This document shows, piece after piece, positions 8,975 to 18,003 of a stretch of DNA of 24,000 bases. Made by a program: the position numbers and the translations under genes. Below the pieces are notes generated by a model. The model had not been told where the DNA came from, did no database searches, and saw nothing but the letters and a program-made list of their open reading frames with translations. The first letter of the stretch is position 1. Each line of letters opens with the position of its first letter. This DNA comes from Dehalococcoidia bacterium (GTDB taxonomy: Bacteria > Chloroflexota > Dehalococcoidia > Lucifugimonadales > JAGWBF01), in the NCBI GenBank assembly GCA_965226865.1, contig CBDDEH010000004.1, positions 1,953,432 to 1,977,431 on the forward strand. Direction: 5' to 3'.

Positions 8975-10233
8975 CGCAGGAGCCTACCCCCCATGGGCCC
9001 CTGTCGGGGCTGAGGGTGCTGGAGATGGCCGACGAGAAGGGGCAGTTCTGCGGGAAGCTGATGGGAGACCTGGGTGCCGACGTGATCAAGATAGAGCCCC
9101 CCGGTGGGGAACGTACCCGCTCCGTGGGCCCCTTCCTGGACGACATACCACATCCCGATAGGAGCCTGTACTTCTGGCACTACAACACCTCAAAGAGGGG
9201 GATAACCCTGGACCTGAATACCGGGGATGGGCGGGAGCTGTTCAAGGGGCTGGTGGCCACAGCCGACGTGGTGCTGGAGACCAGACCTCCGGGGTACCTC
9301 CCTGGTCTCGGCTTGGGGTATGAGGAGCTGAGCGCCATCAACCCCAGGCTGATCATGTGCTCGCTGACTCCCTTTGGGCAGACCGGGCCTTGGAGGGACT
9401 ACCTGGCTTCTGACCTGGTGCACATGGCTGGGGGTGGGCAGATGGCCTCCTGTGGGTATGAGGACGATGACGTCCCCGATGCTCCTCCCATAGCGCCGGG
9501 CACTGGAGCCGCCTGGCATATATCCAACTACCACACCTGTCTGGCCATCGTTTCCGCCATTTTTTACCGAGACATCAGCGGAGAAGGACAATACATCGAT
9601 GCCTCAATGCACGAGGCTTGCGTCCACGGCACTGAAATAGCGATACCGATGTACGTCTACGAGGGGCGTACAGTCCGCCGTAACACGGGACGGTCAGGGG
9701 TTCCCGACCCGATCCCTAAAGCTCAGGTGCGTTGTAAGGACGGCAAATGGCTCAACGTCAACAGGCTGGCCAGCCGCATGACGCCCACGCACCTCACGGC
9801 TCTGTCGGATTGGATGGATGAGTACGGATTCGCTAACGACCTGAAGGACGAGAAATACCAGGACACGGAGACTATTCAGAAAGACATCTCACACATTGAC
9901 GCCCTGTTTCAGGAGTTCATCAAGCGGGTCCCCCAGGACGAGGCCTATCACGGAGGGCAGGCTAGAGACTTCACCTGGGGCGCAGTCAGGACCATGGAGG
10001 AGATCGAAACGGACGACCATTTCCAGGAGCTAGGCTTCTTCGTGGAAGTGGATCACCCTGAGTTGGGGAATGGCTTCACCTATCCGGGAGCACCCGCAAT
10101 ATACAGCGAAGCACAATGGAATATATCGCGAAGGGCTCCACTGGTGGGCGAACACGACGAAGAGGTCTATTGCCGAGATCTGGGCCTGTCCAAACAGGAT
10201 CTGCTAGCCCTCGAAGAAGCCGGTGTGGTTTAG
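8971..10233 (+). CDS. Class III (CaiB/BaiF family) CoA-transferase
   Basis: 420 aa. LRVLEMADEKGQFCGKLMGDLGADVIKIEPPGGERTRSVGPF, NTSKRGITLDLNTGDGRELFKGLVATADVVLETRPPGYLPGLGLGYEELSAINPRLIMCSLTPFGQTGPW, GEGQYIDASMHEA. Start overlaps the previous stop in ATGA. Confidence 0.92.
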   Translation: MTQEPTPHGPLSGLRVLEMADEKGQFCGKLMGDLGADVIKIEPPGGERTRSVGPFLDDIPHPDRSLYFWHYNTSKRGITLDLNTGDGRELFKGLVATADVVLETRPPGYLPGLGLGYEELSAINPRLIMCSLTPFGQTGPWRDYLASDLVHMAGGGQMASCGYEDDDVPDAPPIAPGTGAAWHISNYHTCLAIVSAIFYRDISGEGQYIDASMHEACVHGTEIAIPMYVYEGRTVRRNTGRSGVPDPIPKAQVRCKDGKWLNVNRLASRMTPTHLTALSDWMDEYGFANDLKDEKYQDTETIQKDISHIDALFQEFIKRVPQDEAYHGGQARDFTWGAVRTMEEIETDDHFQELGFFVEVDHPELGNGFTYPGAPAIYSEAQWNISRRAPLVGEHDEEVYCRDLGLSKQDLLALEEAGVV

Positions 10234-10353
10234 GCTCGTAACCGGCTGGTCAGTTGCGCAATCGCTAGAATGTCAGTATCATCTCTCCCCACATCCGTAT
10301 TAGCCGTTTGGCCGTAGTTTCACTGGAGAATTGATGAGTAGGGAGCAACCAGA

Positions 10354-11262
10354 TTGAATATCCGGATTTGGATTGGCACGGCCATTATTCTTGGTATTTT
10401 GGGTATGGCATGCGGAAACGGCCCTTCAGCCACAACTACATCAGTATCCTCAGGGGAGCAGATCGTCTTCCACTCCAACCGGGACGGTAACCACGAAATA
10501 TACGTCATGGAATCCGAAGGCTCCAATCAGACCCGCCTCACGTTCAACGACGCCGACGACCGATGGGCCGCATGGTCTCCGGACGGCTCTAAAATAGCCT
10601 TCAGCTCAGATCGGAGCGGCAACTGGGAAGTGTATCTGATGGACCCTGACGGCTCCAATCAAATTAATTTAACCAACCACCCAGGTTTGGACACGTCTCC
10701 CAAATGGTCGCCCGACGGGTCTAAGATAGCTTTCATATCTGGAAGGAATCGTAGCAGAGAAGTCTACCTAATGGACGCCGACGGCTCCAATCAAATCAAC
10801 CTCACCGGTCACCGGGCGCTCGACAGCTCGCCGGCCTGGTCGCCTGATGGCTCCAAAATCGTCTTCAACTCGGACAGGGACAGGGCCGTGGAGCTGTACG
10901 CTATGAACATCGACGGCTCCAACCAAACCGGGTTGACATCCAATCAAGCCGACGACCGTACCCCGGCCTGGTCGCCCGACGGAAGTAAGATCCTCTTAGC
11001 CACGGCGAGAGAAGTAGACCGGCGTGGCAGTTCCTCGTTGGCTATATACGTTATGGACCCCGATGGCTCCAATGTAAGGCCCTTGCCGACCCCGGCCCTC
11101 GGCAACTCCCCAGCCTGGTCGCCCGACGGCTCTAAAATCGCGTTTACGACCAACGTGGATGGCAACATTGAGATATACGTGATGAACGCGGACGGCTCCA
11201 ATCAGACTCGTCTGACCAACACCGAATCTGCCATCGACGGGGCTCCAGACTGGCGCCCATGA
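10354..11262 (+). CDS. TolB/PD40-type beta-propeller lipoprotein
   Basis: 302 aa. Lipobox (ILGMAC), then repeated units of the form [44 protein letters not shown], five full units plus a C-terminal closing strand [20 protein letters not shown]. Confidence 0.9.
   Translation: MNIRIWIGTAIILGILGMACGNGPSATTTSVSSGEQIVFHSNRDGNHEIYVMESEGSNQTRLTFNDADDRWAAWSPDGSKIAFSSDRSGNWEVYLMDPDGSNQINLTNHPGLDTSPKWSPDGSKIAFISGRNRSREVYLMDADGSNQINLTGHRALDSSPAWSPDGSKIVFNSDRDRAVELYAMNIDGSNQTGLTSNQADDRTPAWSPDGSKILLATAREVDRRGSSSLAIYVMDPDGSNVRPLPTPALGNSPAWSPDGSKIAFTTNVDGNIEIYVMNADGSNQTRLTNTESAIDGAPDWRP
10474..11260 (+). repeat. Tandem ~120-145 bp coding repeats (beta-propeller blades)
   Basis: Recurrent GAC GGC TCC AAT CAA/CAG ... 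TGG TCN CC(C/G) GAC/GAT GGC/GGG TCT AA. blocks within the 10354..11262 gene. Confidence 0.75.
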
Positions 11263-11732
11263 ATCGAAGGCGCCGGCCAAATGCCTGGCTACTGCCCCTC
11301 TATAAACTCCCCGTATGGTTGTATCGTCTCAAGTTTGGTTGGCTGCTGAGCAGCCGTTTTCTGATGATTACTCACCTAGGCCGTACCACAGGAAAACGCC
11401 ACTATATCGTGGTAGAAGTAGCCAGGTACGACAAGGCTAAGGACGAATACATAGCGATGTCCGGATACGGCGAAGACTCGGACTGGTACCGAAATTTGCA
11501 AATGTCCCCTGCCGTGGAAATCCATGTTGGACGCCGGAGATTTACCCCAAACCAGCGCTTCCTGGCTCCTGAAGAAGTCCATAACGAATTCGTAGAATAT
11601 GAGCGCCGCCATCGTTTGACCGCCCGCACGCTCTCAAAGCACCTCAACGCCCCATACGACGGCTCAGAAGAGCAACGGCACGACCTGACCGCGGCTTTAC
11701 GAATGGTCGCGTTTTCACCTTCCAAGTCTTAA
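11259..11732 (+). CDS. Nitroreductase-family deazaflavin (F420)-dependent oxidoreductase-like protein
   Basis: 157 aa. [68 protein letters not shown] matches the Ddn/DUF385 pattern (GRxTGKxR...G...G...WYxNLxxxPxVxI). Start overlaps the previous stop in ATGA. Confidence 0.85.
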   Translation: MNRRRRPNAWLLPLYKLPVWLYRLKFGWLLSSRFLMITHLGRTTGKRHYIVVEVARYDKAKDEYIAMSGYGEDSDWYRNLQMSPAVEIHVGRRRFTPNQRFLAPEEVHNEFVEYERRHRLTARTLSKHLNAPYDGSEEQRHDLTAALRMVAFSPSKS

Positions 11733-11805
11733 CAACCCTGAACGCGTGCTATGGTTTAATGCGAATAGAGGGAAGTGCAAAACTCCAAAAACTACCGAGC
11801 AGATA

Positions 11806-12771
11806 TCAGTTGAGAAGACCGGAGGGAAAGAGGCGGCCGAAGGCATCGAGGGCTGCGGCATCGGGCACGGAATGGCCGCCGTCATATTGAACGACGTCAG
11901 CCCCGCGTTCGGCGAGGAACGCGACCTCGGCATCGCTGAGGCGTCCCACCTGCTCGTCTAAGGTCCCGGAAAGGTATACCACGTTGGTCATGTCGATACC
12001 GGCGAGCCGTTCGGTGTAGCGGTAGTGTCCGAGGCCGGCCGCGAGCCGGGCCATGTTGCGCTGGAGCGGGACCGTGCCCTCGGGGGCCGGTTCGTGCCCT
12101 CCAGTCCTGGGGTCCTCGATCTCCACGCCGTCCACGAAGCCGACGGTACGGCCCTCGGCGAACACCGTCCATATCGTAGGCGGCATGTCGAGCCGTCCAT
12201 TGGCAATCAGATATCCCTCGGCGACGTTGCCCTGCGTGGCGAGGAGCTCCTGGACCATGAATGCGCCGAAGGATATCCCGACAACGTAGACCGTCTTGCC
12301 TTGAGCCTGGAAGTGGTCCACGAGGGCGGCCAGGACCTCCACGCTTTCCCCATCAGCCGCCTTGGCTTCGTCGAACGTGATGTCTGCGGCGGTGAATGGG
12401 GCGGGGTTGATGGTCTGGGCTTGATGGACATTCACTAGGTGTATGCGTTCGAGGTTGAGCAGGCCCAGCTTCTCAAGTATCTCACGCTTTCGGACAAGGG
12501 CCGGCATTGGTCCGCCCTGGCTGTTCACCACCACCACGCCGGCGTCCGGGTTGCCAAAGCTGTGATAGGCGTCCTCGATTGCCCAGGCGGCTTCCGGCGT
12601 CACTGTGGGAGGTGTCTGCACGGGGGCCGACGTGGGGGACGCGGCTTCCGGCGTCACTGTGGGAAGCGTCTCCACGGGGGCCGACGTGGGGGGCACGGCT
12701 TCACTCGCTCCGCAGGCCGACAGGGCAACCGTCGCCGCGAAGACCCCTGCGATGAGCGAACAGCGAAGCAT
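11806..12771 (-). CDS. Lipoprotein with alpha/beta-hydrolase-like domain; internal start at 12771 preferred over ORF-track start 12954
   Basis: From MLRCSLIAGVFAATVALSACGAS (signal peptide and lipobox LSAC). Pro/Thr/Ser linker, then GISFGAF (GxSxG-type elbow) and a late DGGHSVPDA His. Confidence 0.6.
   Translation of the reverse strand: MLRCSLIAGVFAATVALSACGASEAVPPTSAPVETLPTVTPEAASPTSAPVQTPPTVTPEAAWAIEDAYHSFGNPDAGVVVVNSQGGPMPALVRKREILEKLGLLNLERIHLVNVHQAQTINPAPFTAADITFDEAKAADGESVEVLAALVDHFQAQGKTVYVVGISFGAFMVQELLATQGNVAEGYLIANGRLDMPPTIWTVFAEGRTVGFVDGVEIEDPRTGGHEPAPEGTVPLQRNMARLAAGLGHYRYTERLAGIDMTNVVYLSGTLDEQVGRLSDAEVAFLAERGADVVQYDGGHSVPDAAALDAFGRLFPSGLLN
12587..12694 (-). repeat. Two tandem 54-bp units encoding the 18-aa linker repeat (SPTSAPVQTPPTVTPEAA-like)
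   Basis: gcggcttccggcgtcactgtggga.g.gtct.cacgggggccgacgtgggg begins at 12587 and again at 12641 with few differences. Confidence 0.8.
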
Positions 12772-13094
12772 CGATCTCAGTCCCGTAATGCCAATAGTGC
12801 TTGGTCGGGATGCCTGGTTCTCGCAATCATTGTCGGCTTGATATTCGGTGGATGCCAGATGTGCGGACTGGTGGTTTACCGCAGCGCGTGGACGGTCTCC
12901 GCGACTCGCTCGGCTAGAATTTTCGCCGCAGGTCTTAGGCAGCGTTCCTACCACGAAGGGGAGCGTGACACCTGTGTTGTAACCCAGCCGTTCGCCTTAG
13001 GTCACTTGAATTGTAGTGAGATCCTTTGGGTGTGGCAAGCCGATAATTACCAGTCCTATAGAGCTGAGTGGACGCTCCGGTGAAGGTCCCGCCG

Positions 13095-13220
13095 AAGGCG
13101 ATGGCGGCCAGCTTGGCGTCGAGCATGAGCCGGTCGGTGCCGGAGGAGTCCAGTTCGAGCCGGTCCCGGAGCCGGGATTCCTCGGCCTGGGTCATGATCC
13201 CGTCGGCCATGGCGTGATCA
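13095..13220 (-). pseudogene. Possible TerB-like domain fragment fused out of frame to the end of the RecQ-like gene
   Basis: Minus-strand frame inside ORF 12935..13303 reads MADGIMTQAEESRLRDRLELDSSGTDRLMLDAKLAAIAFGGTF, resembling the ADGxxTxxEExxLRxxL pattern of tellurite-resistance TerB-like domains. Weak assignment. Confidence 0.3.
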
Positions 13221-14724
13221 GTGTGAGCTTGATGCCGAGCTCGTCGTGGAAGTAGTCGACGATCTCGGCCTTCACATCGGGCTTGGCGGTCGCGGTAAGG
13301 CACAGAACTGGGGGCACCGGCTCATCACCCGCCTTCTCCCGGATGAATCTCCCCACGTAGCGGTAGTCCGGCCGAAAATCGTGTCCCCACTTCGAAAGGC
13401 AGTGGGCTTCGTCCAGTACCCACGCGCCGATCTCGCGCTGCGCCAAGGCGTTCCGAATCGAGACGCTACGGAGTTGCTCCGGGGCGACTATCAGGATGCC
13501 TGCATCCCCCAACCGCACCCTGTCCAACGCATCAGCCCGCTCAGGCATTGACATGAGCCCGTTAATGGTGACGCAGGAACCGATGCCCCGGGCTTCCAGT
13601 CCTGCCACCTGGTCAGCCATGAGGGCGACCAGTGGCGAAATCACCACTGTCAACGCACCGGTCTTGTCGAAGCGGGGCAGCGCTGGTATCTGATAGCAGA
13701 CCGACTTGCCGGTCCCAGTAGGCAGGATTCCGAGGACGTGCTCTCCCGCCATCGCAGCCTCAACCATGGACTTCTGCATTGGCCGTCCGCCCTCGTCGGT
13801 GGGCTCAGGCCGGAAGTCCGGAAAGCCGAACCAGCGGATCAGCTCTTTACTGGCGTCATGCCGTTCCCGGCACCAGCCACATTCGGGATCGACGCAGGCC
13901 GCGTCCCGCAACCGGCGGACCAGCCGACCGGCATCGGGGAACTGGTGCCGCACCCATGGAGGCATCACAGAGTTGCCCCCAGACACCGACATCCACGCCA
14001 GTGCGTACGCCAACGGCCAGCCCAGCCCCACCGTATCCCTGATTACTTCCAGGGTGTGGGTCCGACAGGCGTCGTCGGCGAGGCGAGTTCGGATAGCGTG
14101 GTGTGCCTCGAGGTCGGACGGCCTTGACATCTGCCGCAGAGACGAAAAGACCCTTTCGAAGCCCTCCCCCCCGTCCACCGTCGTCAGCCAATGCCAGGCC
14201 AGCAACAGGTCCGAAGGTGCCTTCGCAAACGCCTTCAGTTGGTCGGCGAAGACCTCCAACGTAAGACTGGCGTCCAGCTCCGGGTCGTTGATTCGGCCCC
14301 TTCTGAGCCCTCCGTCCTGGTAGTGCTTGACGAGGTGGTGATAGGGGTTCCGGGGAAAGGCCAAGGGATTGAGTCTGAGGGTGTCCACCGCTGGCACCTT
14401 CAATAGCCGCAATTCGGGGTTCGCGGCTTGGAGGTGCGGCAGATCGAAATCGATCAAATTGTGGCCGAGCAAGAAGTCTGCTTCAACCGCAAGGTCGTCC
14501 AGACTGGCCAGCGCCGTGGCGAGGTCATTGCCCTTTGAAGGGAAGGTCAGAGTCTGGCCGGTATCGGGTCGCACTCCGGCGAAAGCGTGGATACGGCGAT
14601 CCTGAACTCCGACTTCAAGGTCCAGCGAGAGACACCGCGACAGCAACGGGCCGACGCCGTCACGCACAAGAGTGATCCCACCTTGAGAATCGAGGCAGCT
14701 CGTTGATCTCCGGGTCCTTTCCAT
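13192..14724 (-). CDS. RecQ-like superfamily 2 DNA helicase with N-terminal DEDD-exonuclease-like domain, apparently 3' truncated
   Basis: 510 aa. N-terminal LSLDLEVGVQDRRIHAF...LLGHNLIDFDLPHL...VDTLRLNPLAFP resembles an RNase H-fold exonuclease. Helicase motifs I (LPTGTGKSVCYQIPA), Ia (VISPLVALMADQV), II (VLDEAHCLSKWGHDFRPDY) and III (LCLTATAKPDV) are present. The ORF ends right after DYFHDELGIKLTLI, so motifs IV-VI are absent. Confidence 0.8.
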   Translation of the reverse strand: MERTRRSTSCLDSQGGITLVRDGVGPLLSRCLSLDLEVGVQDRRIHAFAGVRPDTGQTLTFPSKGNDLATALASLDDLAVEADFLLGHNLIDFDLPHLQAANPELRLLKVPAVDTLRLNPLAFPRNPYHHLVKHYQDGGLRRGRINDPELDASLTLEVFADQLKAFAKAPSDLLLAWHWLTTVDGGEGFERVFSSLRQMSRPSDLEAHHAIRTRLADDACRTHTLEVIRDTVGLGWPLAYALAWMSVSGGNSVMPPWVRHQFPDAGRLVRRLRDAACVDPECGWCRERHDASKELIRWFGFPDFRPEPTDEGGRPMQKSMVEAAMAGEHVLGILPTGTGKSVCYQIPALPRFDKTGALTVVISPLVALMADQVAGLEARGIGSCVTINGLMSMPERADALDRVRLGDAGILIVAPEQLRSVSIRNALAQREIGAWVLDEAHCLSKWGHDFRPDYRYVGRFIREKAGDEPVPPVLCLTATAKPDVKAEIVDYFHDELGIKLTLITPWPTGS

Positions 14725-14741
14725 GTACCGTCTGAGCCAAC

Positions 14742-15065
14742 TTAATCTCGGCCGTTGGCGATCTGGACTGCCTCCCTTGGACGTACTTGTTCCGCGATGG
14801 TTTCCCCCGACTCGATCTCGGCCGCCCGCAACTCAAAGGTCTTCTGCAGGTTGAGCCAGAGCTGCGGCGTCGTCCCGAAATAGCGCGAGAGGCGAAGCGC
14901 GGTGTCGGCGGTCACCCCACGCTGACCCTTCAGGATAGCGGTGATCCGGTTGGTCGGCACTCTGAGAGCCCTAGCCATCGCGTTGGCGGACATGCCAAGC
15001 TCCTCAAGCTCTTCAGCCAGTATCTCGCCCGGATGTACCGGGCGCATACCATTGGTCACGTTCAT
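14742..15065 (-). CDS. higA: HigA-family antitoxin (XRE HTH); start at 15065 preferred over ORF-track start 15179
   Basis: MNVTNGMRPVHPGEILAEELEELGMSANAMARALRVPTNRITAILKGQRGVTADTALRLSRYFGTTPQLWLNLQKTFELRAAE is a canonical HigA sequence. Confidence 0.92.
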   Translation of the reverse strand: MNVTNGMRPVHPGEILAEELEELGMSANAMARALRVPTNRITAILKGQRGVTADTALRLSRYFGTTPQLWLNLQKTFELRAAEIESGETIAEQVRPREAVQIANGRD

Positions 15066-15075
15066 GCCACTCTCC

Positions 15076-15357
15076 TTAACGGTGGTAGTCGACGATCTCC
15101 ACGTCGAAGGGTCCATCGTCTCCCCAGCGGAAGCAAATTCGCCACTGGCGGTTGATTCGTATGCTGTACTGACCTGCACGGTCCCCTGCGAGGGACTCCA
15201 GCCTGTTGCGGGGGAGGCCGACCAGGTCTCTCAGGGACTCAGCGTTGTCCAGAACCGTCAGGCGGCGAGTTGCTTGGCCTGAGAAGCCTTGGAAGTCCTG
15301 GACAAACTCTCCGGCAAAGAACCGCTCAGTCTCCCGGTCTCTGAAGCCTCGAATCAT
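15076..15357 (-). CDS. higB: HigB-family (RelE-like) toxin
   Basis: 93 aa MIRGFRDRETERFFAGE...LDNAESLRDLVGLPRNRLESLAGDRAGQYSIRINRQWRICFRWGDDGPFDVEIVDYHR, ending 10 nt upstream of the antitoxin start. Confidence 0.92.
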   Translation of the reverse strand: MIRGFRDRETERFFAGEFVQDFQGFSGQATRRLTVLDNAESLRDLVGLPRNRLESLAGDRAGQYSIRINRQWRICFRWGDDGPFDVEIVDYHR

Positions 15358-15942
15358 TATAACGCCTTACGTAACGGGTACACAACATGATATACTGTAT
15401 CGTGAACCTCTGACAAGGATAGCAACCTATTAGTAGATCGCACTCTGGGGGTTAGCGACTGGCTCGGTCTCTCGATGTGGTAATTGGGTACGTGACACAC
15501 CCCGCAGTCTCTTAGTAAGGTTCGGGGTGCCTCTGCACGGGCAACGATACGTCTTCCCGCGGCACGGTTCGCCAATGAAGGCTGACGGCATCTGCCAAGC
15601 ATGATTCCCTCGTAAAAACCCGTTTTGAGGAAGTTCCGGCGATTTAGCACATCTGAGCGCTGCCGTATGTTGGGGTAGTATACGGAACAGAGACTATATA
15701 TTGTACCCAGGCGTGGGTACGTTTGTTCTAATTCGGCCTGCATAGACTTTTTACGAGAGAATCAAGCATCCATACAGGATGTTGGAGTGTGTGACGTGGG
15801 CGTTGGACTTGTGAGACCGTAGGCCGCAGGTGCCCGGTGTCGAGGGGGAGTTTCCTGGCCGATGTTGACTAGATTCTCTGGTAGATGATAAGGCGCTCGT
15901 ACTCGGTTTCCCGTTGATGAGGACAGTTTTGTACGGTAGGGA

Positions 15943-16353
15943 GTGGGCATCGACATGGACTTCACATTCACGAACGAAATCAACCTGCTTGACCTCATTG
16001 GGCTCGTTGGTTGGGCCATAGGGCTTTTCGTTGGGGCCAGTTGGCTCAAACGCCGCTATGCCAACCGGCTGGAATCGGATCCTATGCGCATCTTCCAGTC
16101 AAACATAACCGACTTGGAGGCGATAGTTCGCATGATGGAGGACAGCGAAGCTCGATACTTTGCTCGCGAAGATGATGGCTCGGAAGATGCCCGGGCCAGC
16201 GTCAGAATCGCCAAAGTGATGGCTGACTACAGGATCCGAGACATGATCTATAGCGGCTGGTTGATCTCCTGCCGGGACACGCATCGGCGCAATGCAAACC
16301 CATATCTCCACGTCAGGCCCGTGCCTGGCCTATATGTCGTTGATCCTCGTTAA
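15943..16353 (+). CDS. Hypothetical protein with one N-terminal transmembrane segment
   Basis: 136 aa. INLLDLIGLVGWAIGLFVGASWLKRRYANRL followed by a soluble acidic region. No recognised family. Start may be the ATG at 15955. Confidence 0.45.
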   Translation: MGIDMDFTFTNEINLLDLIGLVGWAIGLFVGASWLKRRYANRLESDPMRIFQSNITDLEAIVRMMEDSEARYFAREDDGSEDARASVRIAKVMADYRIRDMIYSGWLISCRDTHRRNANPYLHVRPVPGLYVVDPR

Positions 16354-16502
16354 CTGTATCAAAGGGTGTGACAGGCTAGGCTGGCGGACATGGACAAGGG
16401 ACAGGAGGAGCAGTGGCACAGCTGTCCACCCAAATGGCCTGCACCAATGGATATGGTCGCTATGCGAAGGGCACATTGAACATTGAACAATGAGACCATC
16501 CC

Positions 16503-16620
16503 ATGAGAATCAAACCCGCATTAAGGGTTGTGACGCACCCCGCACGCATGGTGTCGTCCAACTGTGCGTTGGCTTCAAGTCCACGTCCCAAGAGTACCTG
16601 AGTTCTTCGTGTCTAGTTTG
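16503..16620 (+). repeat. Degenerate copy of the 16.5-18.9 kb dispersed repeat family
   Basis: tgagaatcaaacccgcattaagggttgtgacgc... and ccacgtcccaagagtacctgagttcttcgtgtctagttt correspond to the internal and 3' blocks of the 17825..18003 copy. Confidence 0.5.
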
Positions 16621-16738
16621 TGCTGCGAATGTTGGTCCAAGGTCCAGAACAACGCGTGCAGGACCGCCATGACCCCTCTCGAAATCCTCTGCTCTGCCAC
16701 ACCCCCATAATACCGTGGGCGGGGGCCTCGCTATGCTC

Positions 16739-16821
16739 AGAGAGCCCCCTAGCCACATCTCAAAGATGGTACCACCTACCATCCACTTCGGCCCACTTGG
16801 TGAGGATCGAACCGATCCTTC
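16739..16821 (+). repeat. Dispersed repeat, 5' part
   Basis: cagagagccccctagccacatctcaaagatggtaccacctaccatccacttcggcccacttggtgaggatcgaacc closely matches 17825..17898. Confidence 0.85.
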
Positions 16822-16840
16822 GGGCCTACTTAGGGTCGCA

Positions 16841-16889
16841 AGCCACATCTGGAAGACTGACTTCCCCACCTACCATCCGTGTCGGCCTA
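16841..16889 (+). repeat. Dispersed repeat, degenerate partial copy
   Basis: agccacatctggaagactgacttccccacctaccatccgtgtcggccta. Confidence 0.6.
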
Positions 16890-16976
16890 CTACCCGGTCA
16901 CGTCGCATCAGCGTCCCTGCGTCCCGACGCGTCACGCTACAGGAATTGAGAGACCTTGGTGCGTCGATAGGTTGCC

Positions 16977-17013
16977 GAGCCACATTTCGAAGATGGTGGT
17001 ATCTACCGTATGC
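16977..17013 (+). repeat. Dispersed repeat, degenerate partial copy
   Basis: gagccacatttcgaagatggtggtatctaccgtatgc. Confidence 0.55.
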
Positions 17014-17186
17014 GTTGGTGGGCCCTCCTTGACGGTTAGCAGCAACCCAACTATCAGTCTCCCCGGATTCTGCGCGCTGCCGGTCTTTGTGTTGAATTGG
17101 CTGCCATACGAGGCGAATGCAGCTTGAGGTCATCACGGCTCCATTGATGGCATATCAGCAGCGCGATTCTAGCCCTCCTTCCGCAG

Positions 17187-17705
17187 CTAGTTCTGCTCCC
17201 CTTCCGGCGAGAAGGGATCCTGCTCACTAACCAACGCCTGTGACTCCACGATGGACAATCCCCGACTGGTCTTGTCGCCCCAGAGACTCTTTACGTACGT
17301 GAGCACTTCGATTATCTGCTCATGGCTGAGCCGGTCACCAAATGCCGGCATGGCACTCTTGAAGCCCGGATAACTAGGGTCTTCCAGCATCTTTCCGCCC
17401 TGGCTGACAATTTCGTACAGGAGGCCGTCCGCATGGTGCCAGGTGTGGCCATCGCCATTCAGAGGCGGCGGCGGCAGGGTGCCATCCGTCTTCCTGACAT
17501 GCCAGTCGGGCTGACCCTCGCCATCGGCTCCATGACAGGCAGCACAATTTGAGGCGAATATCTCCTCGCCAGTAGGGGCAACCTCCACTGTTGAAGTGTT
17601 GCCGGGTGCTGGTATGTCTTCGCCAGGAGAAGACGAGCAGGCAACCAACAAGACTGAGGCGAGCACCAGTATGGCAAGAGCGGCAAAGGACAGTTTGAGT
17701 TTCAC
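17187..17705 (-). CDS. Cytochrome c family lipoprotein
   Basis: 172 aa. Signal peptide and lipobox (LLVAC), heme motif CAACH, and a distal SAMPAFGDRLSHEQIIEVLTYVKSLWG typical of small class I cytochromes c. Confidence 0.9.
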   Translation of the reverse strand: MKLKLSFAALAILVLASVLLVACSSSPGEDIPAPGNTSTVEVAPTGEEIFASNCAACHGADGEGQPDWHVRKTDGTLPPPPLNGDGHTWHHADGLLYEIVSQGGKMLEDPSYPGFKSAMPAFGDRLSHEQIIEVLTYVKSLWGDKTSRGLSIVESQALVSEQDPFSPEGEQN

Positions 17706-17824
17706 GGTGCTGACCTTACTTTACGGTTACAGGTAGTTGCCAGTCGAGCGACATGCAACTATCTCCCATCTCTTGGGCAACCTCGGCCCCCATTATGCAA
17801 TCCGCGTGTAACTTGGGCGTTACA

Positions 17825-18003
17825 CAGAGCCCCTAGCCACATCTCGAAGATGGTACTACCTACCATCCACGTAGGCCCATCTGTGAGGGATCGAACCGGC
17901 TATCAGGGTTGAGGTGGCACGCCCACCTGTCGATCCGCCTGACCTTACCCGGTCGCATCCAAATCGACCGCCCACGAGTACTGCAGCTTTTGGTGTCGAT
18001 TGA
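17825..18003 (+). repeat. Dispersed repeat, longest copy (left flank of recombinase remnant)
   Basis: cagagcccctagccacatctcgaagatggtactacctaccatccac...gaccgcccacgagtactgcagcttttggtgtcgatt. Both end blocks recur inverted at 18796..18927. Confidence 0.85.

Noticed and set aside
12439-13083. Plus-strand ORF of 214 aa with RRHCGRCLHGGRRGG repeats
   Set aside because: Antisense image of the 54-bp lipoprotein linker repeat. The minus-strand reading has a signal peptide and lipobox.
15357-15743. Minus-strand 128-aa ORF upstream of higB
   Set aside because: No recognisable domain, no signal peptide and irregular composition. More likely intergenic sequence containing the higBA promoter.
16801-17898. 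GGTTCGATCC-like strings in the repeats (tRNA T-loop resemblance)
   Set aside because: Neighbouring bases do not form a 5-bp T stem or a cloverleaf or acceptor stem, so no tRNA is called.
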